This document shows, in pieces, positions 8,707 to 17,299 of a DNA stretch of 64,000 bases. The stretch lies in the IMG/VR virus record IMGVR_UViG_3300028591_000184, positions 1 to 64,000 of that record. One strand, given 5' to 3'. Both the position numbers and the translations under genes were made by a program. Origin of the DNA: a virus. Taxonomy: Duplodnaviria > Caudoviricetes. The notes below the pieces were generated by a model. The model did not search any database. It saw only the letters and a program-made list of their open reading frames with translations, and was not told where the DNA came from. Positions within the stretch are counted from its first letter, which is position 1. The number at the start of each line of letters is the position of its first letter.

Positions 8707-9000
8707 CTATTCTATTACACCGGCCCCTTCTTGTGCTATGGGTAAATTCGGAATTTCCGATTTTTCTTCGTGCGGGTCATACACAAGTGTTTCGTTGTCT
8801 TGCAGGGCTTCTACCTTTTCTTTCAGTTCTGTAATACTGCCTGACATAATTTTTATGTTCTCCTGCATATCCTGTATCATACGGACTGCATTGTAAGCAA
8901 ACTGCGCTGCGCAATACTGCCACTGTGTCCTACGCTCGTTAGGATAGATACGACAATTCAGACAATCGCCCGAACATTGGAATTTCTTTTCTTCTGCCAT
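8707..9000 (-). CDS. Cys-motif coiled-coil protein (operon gene 4)
   Basis: CSGDCLNC...C followed by a heptad-rich segment. Confidence 0.7.
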   Translation of the reverse strand: MAEEKKFQCSGDCLNCRIYPNERRTQWQYCAAQFAYNAVRMIQDMQENIKIMSGSITELKEKVEALQDNETLVYDPHEEKSEIPNLPIAQEGAGVIE

Positions 9001-9065
9001 AGTTTTGATGTTTTTATTTTCGGTCTTTTTCGGTCAACAGAAATAACCGAATTTTTATAGTGCGT

Positions 9066-9287
9066 TTATGCACTATAGTTTTTCTTGAAAAATTTTATTA
9101 TCTGACTCGCTATAAATGGGCTACTTTGTAACTTAGCAACGGCCTCGGCAAGCTTATCACCGCTGACCATTGCTCCATGCTGTCCCATGATATTGATAAA
9201 CTGGATGAGAGCCTTGCGCCCTCTCTCCGCTTCCTCGTCACTACTGGCGTAGATATTGAGGGTGATGGGTTTTGCACCTTTTTCCAT
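9066..9287 (-). CDS. hypothetical protein (operon gene 3)
   Basis: 73-aa ORF in the operon. Confidence 0.65.
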   Translation of the reverse strand: MEKGAKPITLNIYASSDEEAERGRKALIQFINIMGQHGAMVSGDKLAEAVAKLQSSPFIASQIIKFFKKNYSA

Positions 9288-9304
9288 ATTCTGCCGTGTT
9301 TATG

Positions 9305-9673
9305 TTATTCATTTATTGAAGGGAGTGGAACTTCGTCCCCGACTGCCTCAATGGTGGTGGTGAGAGGCGGTAACTTTCCACCCGTGATGCCGCGCAGGAT
9401 TTCATATCCTTGCGCCAAGGTATCTCTGTTGTTTCCAATCCACGAAACGATACCGTTGGCAATATCACCTGTCCTGTCTATCCATGTCGGCTGAACAGGG
9501 TCATAGTCGGGTAGCTCTGGAAGATCCTTCGCGAAATAGTCATAGAGTTTTGCCGCTTCATCTATATCGCCTTTTGTGGCGAATAGACATTGTAGCTTCA
9601 AGGTCGCTCTACTGGTAGGACGGATTGCTTGTATCATCTCTAACTTCTTTTTCTTGTTGTTAAACCATTTCAT
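9305..9673 (-). CDS. hypothetical protein (operon gene 2)
   Basis: Likely start ATG 9673 (MKWFNNKKKK). Confidence 0.7.
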   Translation of the reverse strand: MKWFNNKKKKLEMIQAIRPTSRATLKLQCLFATKGDIDEAAKLYDYFAKDLPELPDYDPVQPTWIDRTGDIANGIVSWIGNNRDTLAQGYEILRGITGGKLPPLTTTIEAVGDEVPLPSINE

Positions 9674-9738
9674 TATGCCGTGTTTTGAAAGTGGATAGCC
9701 CGAAGATATTTGCATCAACGGGCTATCACGTTAACCTT

Positions 9739-10374
9739 TTACAGTCCGCAGCCGCAACCGCTTGCCGGACAGGGGCAGGGCTTTGCATCCTGATAGAGGG
9801 CTACACGCTGAGGGTTCTCAGAGTAGCGACCAGTCATCAAGCCTGTCATCACCTGCTGAGTTGCAACCTGCGAAGCGGCAAGCTCTGCCCGTTGCATAGC
9901 CGTAAGAGTACCCTGCTGAGAACCGGAAACGGTGTCAGTGATGGTCTGGGTGATGGTCTGGTCACCATTGATACGCTCAGAACGCTCAAGGTCGAAACCG
10001 CGAAGAATGCGGTCAACGGTACGCTGGGTGTTGTCATGCTCCGTTTCCAGAAGCTTCAGCGAAGCCTGATAGTTGGCAGCAGCAAGCTCTTTTGCACCCT
10101 GTGCAGCTTCACGGGCACGCTCGGCTTTCGCTGAACCATAGAGGGGACCGAATATCCATGCACCGATACCGGCAACAGCACCGACAACGCCGACAGTCAA
10201 GCCTGCTACGGCAACACCACTTGGACGCTTGGCAGCCATGTGACTCGTTTTCACCTGCTCGTAAGGTGTCATACCACCCCAACCATGATTGTAGCCACCG
10301 CCATAGCCCCAGTTACGGTCGTAGTCTCGGTCGATACCTCGGATAGCCATGAGGTCATTCATTTCTAATGCCAT
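9739..10374 (-). CDS. Gly-rich membrane/coiled-coil protein with Cys-rich tail (operon gene 1)
   Basis: WGYGGGY N-terminus, GxxxG-rich helix (GVAVAGLTVGVVGAVAGIGAW), coiled coil, C-terminal CPCPASGCGCGL. Confidence 0.8.
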   Translation of the reverse strand: MALEMNDLMAIRGIDRDYDRNWGYGGGYNHGWGGMTPYEQVKTSHMAAKRPSGVAVAGLTVGVVGAVAGIGAWIFGPLYGSAKAERAREAAQGAKELAAANYQASLKLLETEHDNTQRTVDRILRGFDLERSERINGDQTITQTITDTVSGSQQGTLTAMQRAELAASQVATQQVMTGLMTGRYSENPQRVALYQDAKPCPCPASGCGCGL

Positions 10375-10435
10375 AATCTTAACGTGTTTAAGTTGTTAAT
10401 AAAAAAAGTTATCCTGTCTTTGCGCATTGACACAG

Positions 10436-10443
10436 CAAAGGTA
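10436..10443 (-). promoter_or_regulatory. Bacteroidetes -7 box for the eight-gene operon, overlapped by an iteron copy
   Basis: CAAAGGTA on + is TACCTTTG on -. TGACACAGCAAA at 10428-10439. Confidence 0.6.
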
Positions 10444-10488
10444 CAAAACAACTCAAACACAAATAAGAAAAGTCGAAAAATACAATTT

Positions 10489-10722
10489 TCACTTTTCGAT
10501 AGTACGCCTAAACCTTCGTAATATCCTGTATATGCTTGCTTCACTAATATCGTATTTACCAGCAAGCACTGCTACCGCATAAGATACCTTACCTCCTTGA
10601 GAAACAATATCCTCATAGTCAGAGTAAAGGTTAATATATTTGAAGTCACCCATCTTTATGTCATAATCTGATAGCAACTTCATCGTTTCTTTGCTAATTT
10701 TTATAAAATCCACGGCTTTCAT
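10489..10722 (-). CDS. Mor-like helix-turn-helix protein
   Basis: C-terminal AVLAGKYDISEASIYRILRRF helix-turn-helix. Confidence 0.75.
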   Translation of the reverse strand: MKAVDFIKISKETMKLLSDYDIKMGDFKYINLYSDYEDIVSQGGKVSYAVAVLAGKYDISEASIYRILRRFRRTIEK

Positions 10723-10756
10723 AGTGCAAATTTGAATTTTTATTATTATCTTTGCA

Positions 10757-10880
10757 CCATCTCACCACATACGAAAAATCCGTAAGTAGAGGAAGGGCAT
10801 ATAATCCCCCGCTCTGCCTACGGGTCGTTTCGTAAATAAAGTGGTGAGATACTAAATTTATGAAAGTCGGGGGATTTTTT
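10757..10880 (+). ncRNA. candidate structured small RNA (long hairpin plus pseudoknot)
   Basis: TATCTTTG at 10747-10754. Nested stems: ATCTCACCAC/GTGGTGAGAT, TACGAAA/TTTCGTA, CCGTA..AGAG/CTCT..TACGG. Loop ATCCCCCG is complementary to CGGGGGAT (10868-10875), followed by a T-run. No ORF. Confidence 0.65.
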
Positions 10881-10896
10881 TCTTTTCCCCTTGTTT

Positions 10897-11415
10897 TTAC
10901 CTTCGTCGTCGTCTAATCCACAAGACGACAAATCCTACCCCCATCAACACGGCACACACCGTGCCGCCCATCATCAGCTTGCCGTAGTCCAGGCACACCC
11001 TCTCCCACTTCGTCAGCTTGCGCTCTACGGGCACAGGAACCTGTATGCTGTCGGTCTTGAAGACGGTGTCGGTGTGTGCTTCCTTCAGCCGCTCTATTTC
11101 CCGTTGCAGGCGGTCGTTCTGTATGAGCCATGCCCGTTCTGCCGCCTTCAGCTGTATGCCGAACTGCGCCATCATTGCCGAGTCCACCTCACGGATGACG
11201 GTCGTCTGGCGGTCGATGACGCTGTTCGTATGGTGCACAGTGTCGGTGACATGTTTGTATTCCGTCTTGACGGTCTCGACGGGGATATACTGCATCTCCT
11301 TGCACCCGCAGAAGGTGACGAGGCAGGCGACGATGACAAGTGTCGCAATGAGGGTGAGCATTCTGGCTACCACCTCCTTGATAATCTTTTTAATCCAGTC
11401 GTTGTCGTGTTCCAT
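10897..11415 (-). CDS. spanin-like lipoprotein (possible unimolecular spanin)
   Basis: Downstream of the endolysin; lipobox-like TFCGC, central coiled coil, C-terminal TM helix followed by RRRRR. Confidence 0.6.
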   Translation of the reverse strand: MEHDNDWIKKIIKEVVARMLTLIATLVIVACLVTFCGCKEMQYIPVETVKTEYKHVTDTVHHTNSVIDRQTTVIREVDSAMMAQFGIQLKAAERAWLIQNDRLQREIERLKEAHTDTVFKTDSIQVPVPVERKLTKWERVCLDYGKLMMGGTVCAVLMGVGFVVLWIRRRRR

Positions 11416-11423
11416 ACCTTTAT

Positions 11424-11831
11424 TTATTTAATGTGAAGCACCTGCCGCCGGTTTCCCTTTTGCGAGAAGCTGACGTGCACCCAGTTGTAGCCGTATTCGT
11501 CGATGAGCTGGTCAAAGGGCAGTCCGAGTTCCTGTATCTTATCGAACAGCTTGCGGTTGTCCGATGGTTTGTCGCTGACGGTGCGGATGTCGGCCGCCTC
11601 GCCTGTGACGTGCTGGCTTTTCCTTGCGCCTCCGACGGCCTTGTTCAGCTTCTCGCTTCGGTAGCCGCTGGTGATGATAATTGGTTGTCCCCACGCCTCA
11701 CGCAGAGGGTCGAGGACATTGGAAACCAATGCCGTCAGGTTTGCCCTCACGACATTATCGGGTGTGTTGCTGATGCCTTTCCTCAGAGCCGTGGCCGATG
11801 CCGTCAGCTCGTGCATGGTGAAATACTTCAT
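11424..11831 (-). CDS. endolysin, peptidase M15 family
   Basis: ITSGYRS, SQHVTGEAADI, WVHVS zinc-peptidase motifs. Confidence 0.88.
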   Translation of the reverse strand: MKYFTMHELTASATALRKGISNTPDNVVRANLTALVSNVLDPLREAWGQPIIITSGYRSEKLNKAVGGARKSQHVTGEAADIRTVSDKPSDNRKLFDKIQELGLPFDQLIDEYGYNWVHVSFSQKGNRRQVLHIK

Positions 11832-11837
11832 AGTCTT

Positions 11838-12290
11838 CTATTCTTTGATGTCGAGATATTCCTTCAGATACGGCACTCTCTCCACGAACTTCAGTGCCAC
11901 GACCCAGTGGAGGAAGTCCACATACTTGCGCAGCGTCGTTCCCTCGCGGAGTATCTTCTGCCAGTTGCTCAGGATGTTGATGGCGTAGAACCATATCGCC
12001 GCCATGTAGATGCACGACACGGCCTGCACCGCCGACGCTTCCATGTGCATATAGTGTCCGATGATGAACACGAAGGCACCGATGGCGACAAGTACGCAGC
12101 ATTCGGTGAACGTCTTCCGTACCTTCGCCCATTTCCATCCGTCGGCGTGCAGGGTGTCTTCTATCCATCCAGATATGAAATTCGTTCCCATGAGGATGAG
12201 GATGGCGGTGATGAAGTCCTCGATGGGCATGAAGAAGCCGGAAAGGGCACTGAGTGCCACTAACAGCAATGCTTTGATTTGTTCTATCAT
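11838..12290 (-). CDS. holin
   Basis: Multi-TM protein directly upstream of the endolysin; likely start ATG 12290 (MIEQIK). Confidence 0.75.
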   Translation of the reverse strand: MIEQIKALLLVALSALSGFFMPIEDFITAILILMGTNFISGWIEDTLHADGWKWAKVRKTFTECCVLVAIGAFVFIIGHYMHMEASAVQAVSCIYMAAIWFYAINILSNWQKILREGTTLRKYVDFLHWVVALKFVERVPYLKEYLDIKE

Positions 12291-12328
12291 TTTTCCTTCT
12301 AAATGTTTGGTTGTTCCAGATATTCTTC

Positions 12329-12410
12329 GTAACTTTGCAACTGTCCCCGCGATAAGGTAAGAGTCAGATGACTTTGTCATCTGTAAACCTATGTGGGGAC
12401 TTTTTTTATT
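12329..12410 (+). ncRNA. candidate antisense small RNA with its own promoter and terminator
   Basis: TTTG 12306, 19 nt, TAACTTTG 12329. Stem GTCCCCGC/GTGGGGAC encloses CAGATGAC-TTT-GTCATCTG, then TTTTTT. Confidence 0.55.
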
Positions 12411-12419
12411 GTACCCTCT

Positions 12420-15400
12420 TTAAATGCGCCGCGTCACTTTACGGCAGCTATTTCCACATTGGTAGTAATATATGTGTTCTGTACTTTCGTAGGGGCGACC
12501 GTTCCTCATCTTCAAGCGGTGTAGTCGAAACACCCTTCTTAGCTGTGAAGGTATTTCCCCATTCTTCTTTGCCATCTTCACATACTTCTTTAGAGTTAAT
12601 GGAATGCCTTTCGTTTTCTTATCCCCTATTATTTCAGACGCATATCCACTTGCTCTGCGATAAGCATTTGTATATATGGAATCCTCACCAGCTATATCCT
12701 TTTTCTTCGTAATTACATCTTGATTATAGATAACCATTCTGCTCGCCATGTAAAACTCCTTTTCCGACATGCTTGTTTTGAAGCTGCGAACAGCTCTGTC
12801 ATCCTTCTCAAGATACGGAGCGATGCACACCGTCCTTCCGTGTCGGATGGTGAAGTTGGGACTTGTTGTTTCTGTCGTCAGATTGTGGGCTTTAGCTATC
12901 TCCAGACAGCCGAGTATGCCGCCTTGCGGAAAGTTGCCTGTGCGCATGGTTTCTAAGATACTCTGCTTCACTGTGACAACGATAGGGCCGCTAACCTCCA
13001 AAACGCTACTCCTTATTGCGACGATGCTGTCGCCGAATAGCGCAGCCACGCCTGCGGACAGCTGCGACGTAGACACTGAGCCGACGTTGCTGACGACACG
13101 CTTCGTCTTGTCCCCATCGGCAATCCATCCAGCCGAGAAGTCATAGTACGTCGTCGTTGCACCCTGCGCCGTCATATAGGTCTGCATCTTGTCGGCATCG
13201 AAGCGCAGGTGTAACATTCCGTCGGGAAAGAAGTAGCGGCTTCCCACCTTTGCGCCGATGGGGATAGCACGGTGAACGATGGGACGGCTGTCGACGGGTG
13301 TCGTGTCGCGGAACCTGCGCCACACATTCCCCTCGCGGTGGCCGTCGTCCCACTTCTTGCCGTCGACGGTGACATTGCGGATGTCCACCGTTCCCCATCC
13401 GTCAGCGGGCTTTATCAGGAGCTTCTGGTTGGCAGCTGAATTGCCTAATACCACTTCCACGTCCCTCAGCCGGATGTCCGTACCGTAGATATAGGGATTG
13501 GCGGAGGTGCATGTAATCGTCGAGTTCTCAATGGTCGTGACGATGCGGCCGCTGAAGGTCGGCGGTGTCTGGTGCACACCGAAGCGCACGGCGGTGAGCA
13601 CGCTGTCACGGATGGTCAGACGCATATCCTGACCATACGTTCCCTGGTTGCCGTAGATGATGGCTTGACGAAGCACCCCTCTGCACTTCTCAATGGTGAT
13701 GTTATACTCGTTGAAATCCGAGTTCTGGAGATAGACGAACGTAGAGTTAGACCTTGGATTGACTATCTCGCATCCCCTGTAGCTGATGTTGGCGGTGCGC
13801 CGCTCTGTTCCTGCCGTGGAGGAAGCCCAGCATTGCATGTATGAGCAGTTGTCGAAGACGCAGTCCTCGAACGCTGTCGTCGGCGTGTTTTCGTTCGCCC
13901 CCGTTCCGCCGGAGAGTATGCCCTGCTGTCCGCCGCTCATCCTGCACCGCTTGACGTAGAGCTTTGCGTCGGTGACACCGCCCGCGTCGAAGGATAGGAA
14001 GCGGATGTTGGCCGAATAGGTCTCGGCAGTGAAGGTGCAATCCTCGACGACACACCTCTCTTCCCCTTTCGTGGACAGTGCCACACCATTCCTCACCGCC
14101 GTCGTTTCGCCCGAGAAGGAGAAGGTGCATTTCCTCACTTCCGCGTAGCCGAAGCTCGTCAGCTTCACCGCCTTCAGTGCCTTGTCGACGGGGGAGTTGA
14201 AGGTGACGTTTTCCACTTGCACCTCGACGTCAGCATTGTTGACATACACTCCATAGTGGCTTGTCGACGTGCCGTCGTAGGCATCGGTGACAGTTAGGTT
14301 TCTCACCGTGCAATGGTGCTTCACCGTCAGCCACGACGCATTCTGCTGTACGATGTGTGCGCCGTTGCCCTCGATGATGGTGTCGTGCTTCGTCTGTAGG
14401 GAAGTTCCTGCGAACGAATACGTCTTCCCTGCCGTCAGGACGATGGTGCTGCCGTTGTCCAGTGCACTCTGGAAAGCCTCCGTCCAGTCGTCACCGCCGT
14501 CATGCCACCATTCGGGCCTTACGAAGCCCGCCTCGCGCACCGCCGCCGCGTCGCTCTGTCCGTTCCACAGCCGTATGGCACCGTCCTTGTAGCAGTATAT
14601 CGGGTGGCTGACATGCAGCTCCACAGCCGTTGTCGCGTAGGCATGGCCGAGGTAGATGTATATCTTCCCGTCCTCTGTCGTCGGCAAATCCTGCGTGATA
14701 GCCGTACCGCTGTCGAGCACCGCCATGCCGTCGGCCTGCGGAACGGCAACGATGAACACATCCTTGTTCGCCGTCACCGACGACACGTTGAACGAACGGC
14801 GGATGTCGAGAGTTATATGATAATACAAGTTGTATGCCGTGATGTCGGCATTCGCTTGTATAGTGGTACCCGAAGAATAATAAAGTATCTGCCCGTAGGG
14901 GTTGAATTTCTCCGTCGTCATCACCTTCGTCGTGGCCGTCGTGTCGGCCGAGCTGACGGGTATCAGCGAAAGACCGTCCTTCGACTGCAAGAGCAGCTTG
15001 TAGCGATACAGGATGGCAGCCGCCTTGTAGTTCCCGTAGTAGTGACGGAGCTGGTAGGTGTTCGTACTGTCGTAGTCGGCAATCTTCCACACACCCTTCA
15101 CCGATGTTTGCGATGCGGAGTTGAGATTGACGGGGGCTGTCTGGTCGGCATCGTAGATGAGGGTGATGAAGCATCCCACGGCGTAACGTGTGCTCACCAT
15201 CGAGTTCACGTTGGCACAGACGGGGTGTTCGCCGAGTCCGTTCACGTTCAGCACCGTGCCGTAGCTGCCGTTGCCGGCAACGGGAACCTTCACCACGACG
15301 ACGAGACCTGTGTATAGCTCGGTGATGTCGGCATGAGTGCCCACCCACCGCGACGCATAGTAGGGTGATGTGGTGACGGCTGCCTGACTCGCGCCCATCG

Positions 15401-15536
15401 TCAGGACGTGCAGCCGCTCGGCCGTCGCCAGCCTGCCGCTGACATACGTCGGAACGAAGGCAGAGATGTACTTGCGCATCTCCGCCAGAAAGTTCCGTTG
15501 CAGGGCAGTGTTGATGATATTCTTGAAATTAATCAT
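12420..15536 (-). CDS. tail spike / receptor-binding protein with parallel beta-helix
   Basis: AFQSALD...IVLTAGKTY followed by repeated V.NCTF/DCVF beta-helix rungs; 1038 aa; last gene before the lysis cassette. Confidence 0.75.
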   Translation of the reverse strand: MINFKNIINTALQRNFLAEMRKYISAFVPTYVSGRLATAERLHVLTMGASQAAVTTSPYYASRWVGTHADITELYTGLVVVVKVPVAGNGSYGTVLNVNGLGEHPVCANVNSMVSTRYAVGCFITLIYDADQTAPVNLNSASQTSVKGVWKIADYDSTNTYQLRHYYGNYKAAAILYRYKLLLQSKDGLSLIPVSSADTTATTKVMTTEKFNPYGQILYYSSGTTIQANADITAYNLYYHITLDIRRSFNVSSVTANKDVFIVAVPQADGMAVLDSGTAITQDLPTTEDGKIYIYLGHAYATTAVELHVSHPIYCYKDGAIRLWNGQSDAAAVREAGFVRPEWWHDGGDDWTEAFQSALDNGSTIVLTAGKTYSFAGTSLQTKHDTIIEGNGAHIVQQNASWLTVKHHCTVRNLTVTDAYDGTSTSHYGVYVNNADVEVQVENVTFNSPVDKALKAVKLTSFGYAEVRKCTFSFSGETTAVRNGVALSTKGEERCVVEDCTFTAETYSANIRFLSFDAGGVTDAKLYVKRCRMSGGQQGILSGGTGANENTPTTAFEDCVFDNCSYMQCWASSTAGTERRTANISYRGCEIVNPRSNSTFVYLQNSDFNEYNITIEKCRGVLRQAIIYGNQGTYGQDMRLTIRDSVLTAVRFGVHQTPPTFSGRIVTTIENSTITCTSANPYIYGTDIRLRDVEVVLGNSAANQKLLIKPADGWGTVDIRNVTVDGKKWDDGHREGNVWRRFRDTTPVDSRPIVHRAIPIGAKVGSRYFFPDGMLHLRFDADKMQTYMTAQGATTTYYDFSAGWIADGDKTKRVVSNVGSVSTSQLSAGVAALFGDSIVAIRSSVLEVSGPIVVTVKQSILETMRTGNFPQGGILGCLEIAKAHNLTTETTSPNFTIRHGRTVCIAPYLEKDDRAVRSFKTSMSEKEFYMASRMVIYNQDVITKKKDIAGEDSIYTNAYRRASGYASEIIGDKKTKGIPLTLKKYVKMAKKNGEIPSQLRRVFRLHRLKMRNGRPYESTEHIYYYQCGNSCRKVTRRI

Positions 15537-15558
15537 AGACTCTTACTGTTTTTTATCC

Positions 15559-17271
15559 TTACGAGGCAGCAGTCTGGACAGGCTGGAGGGCGGGAAGCGC
15601 CGTTCCGGCGATGATGGCGGTGGCATCTGCCGTACCAAGGGTCGTCGGGTTGCCAGCAGTTGCAGTGGCATCGGTATTGAAGAGGTCGCGTATCTCCGTT
15701 GCCGTGGCCAGACCAAACTCATCGGCGTAGGCGAGCTCTCTGACAAAAATCTGACGGCTCGAACTTGATATATCGGCTCTGATAATGTATGTAGATGCCT
15801 GTGCCATGCCAATAAAACTACCGTTGGAAGCCTTCATCATTGGGATGACGGTAGCCATTCCGTGCCTTTCCATAGACACCTGCAATACAGGAAGACGTCC
15901 GGCGTTCCATGCGTTGTTAATCTGCGTGTAGACATTGGTATCTCCCAATGTATAGTAGCCGTTGTTATTCCACTCTGCACTTGTTGCAGAGTAGGTGATT
16001 ACTTCGTAGGCGTTCGGAATATCCACGAAGCCTGCGAGGACATCAAACTTCTTGGTCCACGTCGGAGCCTGCGCCGTGCCACCTTCCTCTACGATAACCA
16101 CTACATTCGTGCCTGCCGGATATTCCTTCCCTGCACCCTCGACAAACAGGCTCGTCGTGGTGAAGGCTGTGGTGACATTGTAGACAAAACCTGCTTCGCT
16201 TTGGTCAAGCAACGATTGCACAAGTCCCGTTCCAGCGACTGACCCCTTCGGCTTATACAGCGTGGACACTTTCTCGTCGATGTCAGCGGTAATGTCGTCA
16301 ATCAAGTCTTGGTAGCCGGCAATCTGTGCGAGGGTGAGGGCAGCCCTCCAATTATTGAGTGCGTTCAGCCCAGTGTTGAGAGAGGAAAGAGCACTATTGA
16401 TGTTGTTATAATCGTTAGCACTCGTCACACCGCTTTGAGTTGACGAAACAGTCGGAATGCGGATGGCAAGGTAGCCTGCTTTATCTACCTTTACAGGTAA
16501 TATAATTCCTCCCGACGTCAGAGTGGCTGGTACGTTATCGGTATCTGCCGTTTCACTTTTCAGTTTCGCTTTGATAGTTCCGCTGCTGGTGATGTCGCCA
16601 CCCGTGAGGCCTGCCCCTGTCGACACCTTCGTCACCGTACCTTTCTTTGCGCCCGTCTCGATGCCAGCGAGCTTGGTGTATTGGGCTGCTGACATTAAGC
16701 CTGACTCTTCACCGCTTGAGTGTTTAAGAGGAACAGCGAGAAAACCGAGCTTGTCGAGATTGACGGCCACCGTCTTTCCTCCGCCGGAGTCTACTTCCTC
16801 ATTGCTGGCACTGGCGGTCAGTTTCGTGTTGCTCTTCAGGCTCAGCTTCAGCCGGGCAAAGAGCTTCAGGTACTTCTCGCTGGTAGAGGTGTCGGTGCCC
16901 GTTCCGGCGCCAGAGGCCTGCTGCACACCGTCGATGGCGGTCATCTCCTGTATCTCGATGCCGTCACCGACATAGACACGCTCCGTCTTTTTGCCAATGG
17001 CGGTTTTGTCTGCTGAGGACATCAGTCCGCTGGCCGAGGTCGATGCGTTGGGGATGTTGACCGAGAAGTCGCCGTTGGCGTCGAGTTCCATGCCAAAGCT
17101 GTTGCCGGAAATCTTCGTCGTGGTGCGCGATGTGATGGTCGACTTGGTAGAGCCGTTCTTCAGCAGCCCATAGAGGAATGTGGTTACGAAAGCCGCCACA
17201 TAGGAGCGTACCTGCCCGAGGAAGTCGCGCTCCCTGTTGAGGTTTACAAGTTTTTTAAATTCGTCTGCCAT
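15559..17271 (-). CDS. tail fibre-like protein
   Basis: Thr/Ser/Gly-rich with repeated SGLMS motifs, coiled coil, YKPKGS...GFVYNV domain. Confidence 0.7.
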   Translation of the reverse strand: MADEFKKLVNLNRERDFLGQVRSYVAAFVTTFLYGLLKNGSTKSTITSRTTTKISGNSFGMELDANGDFSVNIPNASTSASGLMSSADKTAIGKKTERVYVGDGIEIQEMTAIDGVQQASGAGTGTDTSTSEKYLKLFARLKLSLKSNTKLTASASNEEVDSGGGKTVAVNLDKLGFLAVPLKHSSGEESGLMSAAQYTKLAGIETGAKKGTVTKVSTGAGLTGGDITSSGTIKAKLKSETADTDNVPATLTSGGIILPVKVDKAGYLAIRIPTVSSTQSGVTSANDYNNINSALSSLNTGLNALNNWRAALTLAQIAGYQDLIDDITADIDEKVSTLYKPKGSVAGTGLVQSLLDQSEAGFVYNVTTAFTTTSLFVEGAGKEYPAGTNVVVIVEEGGTAQAPTWTKKFDVLAGFVDIPNAYEVITYSATSAEWNNNGYYTLGDTNVYTQINNAWNAGRLPVLQVSMERHGMATVIPMMKASNGSFIGMAQASTYIIRADISSSSRQIFVRELAYADEFGLATATEIRDLFNTDATATAGNPTTLGTADATAIIAGTALPALQPVQTAAS

Positions 17272-17299
17272 AATCTTTTCTGTTTTTTATGTGTTTATA

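Noticed and set aside
12368-12712. 114-aa ORF downstream of the 12329 promoter
   Set aside because: It runs through the terminator hairpin and antisense into the spike gene, and has no recognisable features.
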